A stretch of 49,086 bases of DNA, from the IMG/VR virus record IMGVR_UViG_3300012894_000005, positions 1-49,086 of that record; one strand, 5' to 3'. Of this stretch, positions 43,575-49,086 are shown in pieces. The translations under genes were made by a program, and so were the position numbers. The stretch's first letter is position 1. The number at the start of each line of letters is the position of its first letter. Under the pieces are notes generated by a model. The model searched no databases. It was not told where the DNA came from and saw nothing but the letters and a program-made list of their open reading frames with translations. The DNA comes from a virus. Its lineage: Duplodnaviria > Caudoviricetes.

Positions 43575-44068
43575 CGCTCACGCTTATAACTCAATTGGGC
43601 TCCTGGATATAAGGTAGCCACGCGTTGCATTTCGGCCCAAGCAGTGCTTATTGGACTCCCCCCTTGTCCCCTAGCCTCCAGTCGCATCGTGCCTAGTGTT
43701 GGGAAGCCAGGCATTAATCCAGTGCCCCTCAGTTCTATTCTTGTCTCGCTAGTGCCAGGGGCTATGGTGAATCGTAAAGCGGCTTGCAAGGCGCGGCTTA
43801 CCGCAGTAGTGCGGTATTGGGTATTAATATAACCCAACTCTTTGTCAGCTTTCTCAATGGCGTAGCCATCAGCTAAAAGTATGCGAGCAATCTTTGTATA
43901 AGCCACAGAAGTACTGTCAGTTGTATGGATTATAAGTACGTTCGCCCGTTTGAATAGTGAGGCGCCCTCGCTGCCTTCGGGCTGCTCAGGCAGCGAGGTA
44001 AGGGACGGCGCTCGCTGTGCGAACACTGGACTCGTAAACAAGCCAAGAATGATTAGGCAGTACTTCAT
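43571..44068 (-). CDS. Exported protein (moron; possible superinfection exclusion)
   Basis: Signal peptide MKYCLIILGLFTSPVFAQ; opposite strand, next to the tape measure gene. Confidence 0.65.
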   Translation of the reverse strand: MKYCLIILGLFTSPVFAQRAPSLTSLPEQPEGSEGASLFKRANVLIIHTTDSTSVAYTKIARILLADGYAIEKADKELGYINTQYRTTAVSRALQAALRFTIAPGTSETRIELRGTGLMPGFPTLGTMRLEARGQGGSPISTAWAEMQRVATLYPGAQLSYKRER

Positions 44069-44085
44069 GCCCGCCAATATAGCAG

Positions 44086-44244
44086 CTAGGAGATTCCCAG
44101 GCGGCGAGCTTCGTCAAAAGACAACAGCTTGATAAGCGCAGAAACGCTTACGCCTCGCTTTGCTGCCACCTTTTCTATCAAGGCTTTTTCTTCGGCTTCT
44201 AGGGCTACAGTTATCTGCGGCTTGCGAGTAGGGGGTGATTTCAT
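44086..44244 (-). CDS. RHH regulator
   Basis: QITVALEAEEKALIEKVAAKRGVSVSALIK; (T/G)ACATG repeats and divergent TAnnTTTG boxes upstream. Confidence 0.75.
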   Translation of the reverse strand: MKSPPTRKPQITVALEAEEKALIEKVAAKRGVSVSALIKLLSFDEARRLGIS

Positions 44245-44335
44245 GCTACAAATATACATGAAATTTTCCTGCAAACAACTTGCATACATGTAAAAGACAT
44301 GTATCTTTGTGTTGTCCTAAGCGGGACACTCAGGC

Positions 44336-44410
44336 AAAAAAGAAGGGCTACCCGGTTGCACCCGGATAGCCCAGAAGAATCTGAGGTTAGTCTACAACCC
44401 CCTATTCACA
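44336..44410 (-). ncRNA. Candidate antisense RNA (~75 nt)
   Basis: Minus-strand TACATTTG at 44414-44421; minus-strand terminator GGGCTATCCGG-GTGCAA-CCGGGTAGCCC-TTCTTTTTT. Confidence 0.6.
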
Positions 44411-44452
44411 GCCCAAATGTACGGCACTTTCTGGCACGCGGGCAACCCGTGT

Positions 44453-44662
44453 ATGTTACTTTTTCATACCCCAACCGGCGTTAAGTCGGTTACTGGCCCC
44501 GCCCTGCCCTTTCATACCCCCGTTACGCCGCCGCCACTGCCCCGCCGCTTGGCCCTTTCTTTGGAGCTAGCTGCCACGCACAGCGACTTAGTAATGACTG
44601 CACTAGGGGCTAAAGAGGCTATACAGAAAGGGTTTTGTTTTCAGCGCATTTACGTAAACTAG
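44453..44662 (+). CDS. Small leader-type protein
   Basis: ATG at 44453 (or 44417); stops 2 nt before the endonuclease start. Confidence 0.45.
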   Translation: MLLFHTPTGVKSVTGPALPFHTPVTPPPLPRRLALSLELAATHSDLVMTALGAKEAIQKGFCFQRIYVN

Positions 44663-44664
44663 TT

Positions 44665-45822
44665 ATGCCTAAGAAGCTCAGCCAAGAAGAGTTTATAGCG
44701 AAAGCAGTAGCGGTCCACGGTGTGGGCCGCTACGATTATTCGCAAATAGCAGACGCGGCCGCGTGGGATAGGGTATGTATTATCTGCCCCACGCATGGAG
44801 AGTTTAAGCAAAATTATAGAAACCACCTCCAAGGAGCCGGGTGCCCCCAGTGTGGGCGCATTAAGATGGGGCCACCTAAGAAAACGCTGCAAGATTTTGT
44901 TGAAGAGGCCAACCGTATTCACCAGGATAAATACGATTATTCGCAATCTGAATATTGTGGTTGCGAAAAGACGTTAAAAATAAAATGCCCGACTCACGGT
45001 GTATTTGAGCAAAAAGCATCGCATCATCTTCGCGGCAAAGGCTGCCAGCAGTGTGGGCTAAGTATTGTAAAAGCTATTCATGCTGCTCGCACATATTCAA
45101 CGGAAGATTTTATCGGACTGGCCAATACGGTACATAAAAACTGCTACAACTATTCGCTTGCTGAATACAAGGGCTCTTGCCATAAAGTATCTATAATCTG
45201 CCCTACTCACGGCATCTTTAGACAGGTGGCAGCGCGGCACCTTTCGGGCGCGGGGTGCCCATCTTGCGGAATAGCAAAGCTAAAAGGGGTGCGGCGGGGT
45301 GCTCACGCGAAGTTTATAGCCAAAGCTACAGAATTGTTTGGGGATAGGTACGACTATTCCAGAGTTGAATACCATGGTAGTAGGCCAAAGGTCAAGATAA
45401 TATGCAGGCAGCATGGGGAGTTCGAGCAAGAGCCATCTAATCATATAAATGGGCACGGCTGCCCACAGTGTGGGTCGGGGGAGCGGGAATTAACCCGGCA
45501 GCAGCAATGGATTAAACGGGCGGCAGGCAAGACTGCCGTTCTGTACTTCCTAAGGGTTTTCTCTGATAGTGAAGAATTTTTCAAAGTAGGGATAACCTGT
45601 AATTTACAGAAGAGATTTAGGGGCACAGGAATTGACTTGCTTGGCTATCAATACGAAGTGTTGGCAAAATTTAAATCCAATGATACAGTACGTGTCTTTG
45701 ATTGGGAGCAGAGTATTATATCCACATTCAGCCACTTGCGATATAGACCAAAAAAAGCTTTCAGTGGCTCAACAGAATGTTTTGTTTCCGCATCAGAAAT
45801 ACTAGCTATATTCCCTCTATAA
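44665..45822 (+). CDS. Zn-ribbon-repeat, GIY-YIG-like homing endonuclease
   Basis: Four YDYS...CxxHG.F.Q...H..G.GCxxC repeats; C-terminal LYFL...FKVGIT...RF...GSTECF. Confidence 0.8.
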   Translation: MPKKLSQEEFIAKAVAVHGVGRYDYSQIADAAAWDRVCIICPTHGEFKQNYRNHLQGAGCPQCGRIKMGPPKKTLQDFVEEANRIHQDKYDYSQSEYCGCEKTLKIKCPTHGVFEQKASHHLRGKGCQQCGLSIVKAIHAARTYSTEDFIGLANTVHKNCYNYSLAEYKGSCHKVSIICPTHGIFRQVAARHLSGAGCPSCGIAKLKGVRRGAHAKFIAKATELFGDRYDYSRVEYHGSRPKVKIICRQHGEFEQEPSNHINGHGCPQCGSGERELTRQQQWIKRAAGKTAVLYFLRVFSDSEEFFKVGITCNLQKRFRGTGIDLLGYQYEVLAKFKSNDTVRVFDWEQSIISTFSHLRYRPKKAFSGSTECFVSASEILAIFPL

Positions 45823-45865
45823 CAGGCCGTTGCGTCGTATATTCGCGTAAGCAAATACGAATCAG

Positions 45866-48800
45866 ATGGCCTATATTAAATTACGCGTCCGAGCAATAGC
45901 CACCCCGTCTGGCAACCCCCTGCCCTGGATAAATGAAGGCGCTTATTTTGACACGGTGCTTCGTAAACCTTACTATACACAGGTAGCTAGTGCCACGCCA
46001 GAAAACTTTGAGTTAAAGGTTGATGAGTTTGTTTTTGCTTATGAAGTCAAGCCGGGGAAAGTAAAGCAGATTCTGTACAACGGCAACGGCAGCGTCTACA
46101 CCAAGAACCTAGGCGGGGCTAGCGTTTCTACGCTGGCTGCCAAAGCCGATACTACCACTCCTTTCACGGAGGCCTCCGATAGCGCCGATGCCTCCGTAGA
46201 CCTTACGGGGCACCTAGGGGTGCCGCCCTACCAAATCACACTCGTGGGCACCATCGGCACGGGCTCAGCAGGCTACCGGCAAACCGGCGTTAGCACGTCG
46301 GAAAACTACCCCGTACGCTTTTTCAACATGCCCCAGGGGGAGTACGTGGCGCTTGTGAAGGACGCCCGCGGCAACCTGGCCCCGCTTGATATTCGCGTCG
46401 CAGCGGGCACAGGGAAGGCCCGGGGGGCGCTGCTTGGGCAGGCCACGCTACTGAGCCTACACCCGCTCAAAATCTGGCGCTTCAACAACCTGGACGTTAA
46501 GTATTACGCGTCCCGGGAAGCGATTGCCCCCAACGACTACCAAATGCCCTACGGGCAGTACGTAGACGGCTTTTTACTGCCCGGCAGCAGTGGCAAAACC
46601 TGGCGACAGGTGTACAGCGATGGCAAGGGAGATGTCTACTTCATCGACACGGATACGACCGAAAAGAGCCTGCTGGAACTTGATAACCTCATCCTGTTTC
46701 ACCCCGACACCCCTACGGGTGTGGGCGGCTTTATCGTGGAAATGAACGCCACGGCTGAGCCGCTCACGTTCACGGTAGCAGGCCAGTCCAACGAAACCGG
46801 CCGCTTTGACGGGTTGCCGGCCGGCACGTACCCAGTGCAGGTTTCGGACAGGTTAGGAAATGCGCTCACCGTGTCCGTCACGCTAACCTGCCCGTACGCA
46901 TTGCGGTGGGAGTTGGACTTTGACGACTTGAACGGTACCCCGCTGCGATTTGAATTGTGGTTACGGGATTACGTGGGCCCGGTAGAAACCCTCTTTGGGG
47001 GCGGAGATAACCCGGTAGTCCTCAAGTCGGACGGCCTCAGCAGTTCGCTAGGTGGGCAAGGCGACGTGCCGCCAGTAGTGGGCACGTCCTGTGAGCTATC
47101 GCTGCTCATCGAACCCGGCACGTTAGAGAACGTGCTGCTCTCCGATGACCGCGAATGCCGCTGCGATGTGTACCGGGCGGGGCAGCTGGAGTTTCGCGGC
47201 TACGTGCAGCCGGACGTTTACTCGGAGCCGTTGCTTGATGGGTTGGTGCAGGTTGAGATGACGGCCACCGATGGGCTGGCCACGCTGAAAGACACGGATT
47301 TCTTGGGTCACGTCGGCCAACGCCTGTACGGGCATCGGCCTATCCTCCACAACCTCCTGCACTGCTTGAGTCGCACCGGCATCACGTTGCCGCTCAGCAT
47401 TTTTGTCAACCGCCGCGACGCGACGATGGCCGACGACGACGCCCCAGAACTAGTGGCCACTACCAACCGCACTGGGTATTGGGATGAGGGCAAAAACGAG
47501 CCTGAGACGCAGCGCACGGCAGTAGACGCCCTGGCCCAAGCGCTGGGGGGCACGCTCTGCCAGCGTGGGGGTACTTGGCAGATTCGGTCGGCACTAGAAG
47601 CCCTAGCCGATGCCCCCGGCCGGGCCTACCTGCCGGCTGGCACCCCGAATGGGCTGCCAGTTGCCCCCGCCCCCTTCGCTACGGTGACGCCGCCAACCCT
47701 TGGGCCGCTGCACTGGGTGCTGGCCAACCAGCGCAAGCAGGTACGGGCGGGATGGAAGTCGCTAACGGGCCAAACGGATGCCTACTGGCTGAAAAATGCC
47801 TTCCCGGCCGGGGCGGTGTTTTCGGATAAGTACGCCTGGCTGCCGGACTTCAGTAAGCTTCGGCCAGTAGCGGGCTGGCACCCGGCCCCCGTTTCTACTT
47901 TCCCCCTCATCTTCACCCGCGCTGGCGACAAGGGCAGCGACTACACGACTATCTGGCCCCGCAGCCTCAACAGCTCACAGGCCGATGGCCGCTACCTAGA
48001 AAGCCCTCTGTTGCCCTTGGCGGCGGGCACGGAAGCGGTCCCCGCCTACCTGACTATCAGCGGCAAGCTCGTGCCCACGGAGTACTACCAAGATGCGGAT
48101 AACAACGAGGTCATCTCCCCCGAAACCGCCACAAAGGCAATTTTGGCCTACGAGCTGATTATTGACGGGCAAAGCACTGGCCAGCAGTTGGCAGAATTAG
48201 CCCAGGTGGCGAGCGCTGCTACCAAGGACGTGACCTTTGAGGCAAAGCTGCCGCCGCTGCCTAGCACGGCCGGCGGTGGGGTGCTGCGGGTGTACACGTG
48301 GTGGGCCGCCGACACGGAGTTGCTAAGTAAGGCGGAGCTTATCAACCCCTCTTCCTTCCGTACTTACGACAGGGGGACGGTCGTACGCTACGACTTCGGT
48401 ACGGGCGCTTATCGCCTGTTTGTGGCCCGCCAAGACAAAGCGCCAGCCTTTGCCTTCAGCTTCCCCACCGTGGACCCTGCCTTGTTCTTTGAGCTGCCAG
48501 CTACGGCCATCGCCAGCGGCCAACTGCTACTCAGCAGCGTAGCTGTGCAGCTTCGCCCCCAGCAGGCTACGTGGGAAGGGGAAGATAATTTTCGCGCCGA
48601 TGGCCCGGCCGGCACCGTCCGGCCTACGGAAGTGCTGAAGGTCTACCACCCCGACCCACCGCTTTCAGCAGGTCTATTTGGAGGCAATCTCTTCGCTTTT
48701 GGCCGCGGGGTGGGCCTATCTGATGGCACGCAGCCTACAAGCTGGGCCCGCAAGATTGACCTGAAGCCGACGCCCTTATTCGAGGCCAACGTGCTCGATG

Positions 48801-49086
48801 GGCTAGCGCTGCGTACGGGGTCCTCGCGCCTGCTAACCGGCACCTTGCGCTGCGAAGCCCCGCCCCGGCTACTCGACTCGCTCGACACCCCATATGATGT
48901 ACCCGGCCGCCGGTTTTTTGTAGCTAGTGTGGCCTGGGGGATGCGGCCTATTGAGTCTGAGGTGAGCCTAGTCGAAATCGGGCCCGGCGCCGATGCCCCC
49001 GACCCCGTGAACGAGCTGCCCGATGGCCCGCGCATCACCCACGAGGTGTACGCCTACGCCCCCGGCAAGTTCACCCCGGTGGTGCG
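45866..49086 (+). CDS. Large tail tip/hub protein with SprB-like repeats (3'-truncated by the window edge)
   Basis: ATG at 45866. The same frame reads as protein at each point checked through to the window end (about 1073 codons); absent from the ORF track, consistent with no stop. Follows the tape measure gene. Confidence 0.8.
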   Translation, partial: MAYIKLRVRAIATPSGNPLPWINEGAYFDTVLRKPYYTQVASATPENFELKVDEFVFAYEVKPGKVKQILYNGNGSVYTKNLGGASVSTLAAKADTTTPFTEASDSADASVDLTGHLGVPPYQITLVGTIGTGSAGYRQTGVSTSENYPVRFFNMPQGEYVALVKDARGNLAPLDIRVAAGTGKARGALLGQATLLSLHPLKIWRFNNLDVKYYASREAIAPNDYQMPYGQYVDGFLLPGSSGKTWRQVYSDGKGDVYFIDTDTTEKSLLELDNLILFHPDTPTGVGGFIVEMNATAEPLTFTVAGQSNETGRFDGLPAGTYPVQVSDRLGNALTVSVTLTCPYALRWELDFDDLNGTPLRFELWLRDYVGPVETLFGGGDNPVVLKSDGLSSSLGGQGDVPPVVGTSCELSLLIEPGTLENVLLSDDRECRCDVYRAGQLEFRGYVQPDVYSEPLLDGLVQVEMTATDGLATLKDTDFLGHVGQRLYGHRPILHNLLHCLSRTGITLPLSIFVNRRDATMADDDAPELVATTNRTGYWDEGKNEPETQRTAVDALAQALGGTLCQRGGTWQIRSALEALADAPGRAYLPAGTPNGLPVAPAPFATVTPPTLGPLHWVLANQRKQVRAGWKSLTGQTDAYWLKNAFPAGAVFSDKYAWLPDFSKLRPVAGWHPAPVSTFPLIFTRAGDKGSDYTTIWPRSLNSSQADGRYLESPLLPLAAGTEAVPAYLTISGKLVPTEYYQDADNNEVISPETATKAILAYELIIDGQSTGQQLAELAQVASAATKDVTFEAKLPPLPSTAGGGVLRVYTWWAADTELLSKAELINPSSFRTYDRGTVVRYDFGTGAYRLFVARQDKAPAFAFSFPTVDPALFFELPATAIASGQLLLSSVAVQLRPQQATWEGEDNFRADGPAGTVRPTEVLKVYHPDPPLSAGLFGGNLFAFGRGVGLSDGTQPTSWARKIDLKPTPLFEANVLDGLALRTGSSRLLTGTLRCEAPPRLLDSLDTPYDVPGRRFFVASVAWGMRPIESEVSLVEIGPGADAPDPVNELPDGPRITHEVYAYAPGKFTPVV

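Noticed and set aside
40551-49038. Many minus-strand ORFs within the tape measure and tail tip genes
   Set aside because: Antisense shadows of long GC-rich coding frames.
1-49086. Diversity-generating retroelement, retron, IS, or stop-codon recoding
   Set aside because: No reverse transcriptase or transposase seen. Core genes are intact in the standard code, with TAG used as a stop.

Overview
The window is almost entirely one temperate siphophage with an HK97-type head that probably persists as a plasmid. It has ParA, a small partner gene, centromere-like repeats and dif-like Xer sites, and no integrase or protelomerase is visible. The host is inferred to be a high-GC Bacteroidota (Hymenobacter-like) from TAnnTTTG -7 promoter boxes, little sign of Shine-Dalgarno motifs and SprB-like repeats. 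Gene order: end of a tail gene; lysis cassette; accessory cassettes; a non-coding RNA island (6.5-7.1 kb); an O-acyltransferase; a Xer/RNA-regulated/partition region; a 434-like cI/cro switch; early and replication genes; packaging, head and tail genes. The strongest novel signal is a ~490-nt, pseudoknotted, promoter- and terminator-bounded RNA at 6626-7118. Its sequence words resemble, from memory, the ROOL class of large phage RNAs. One of its segments is also complementary to the 5' hairpin of the cro transcript. All calls were made by eye with no database search.
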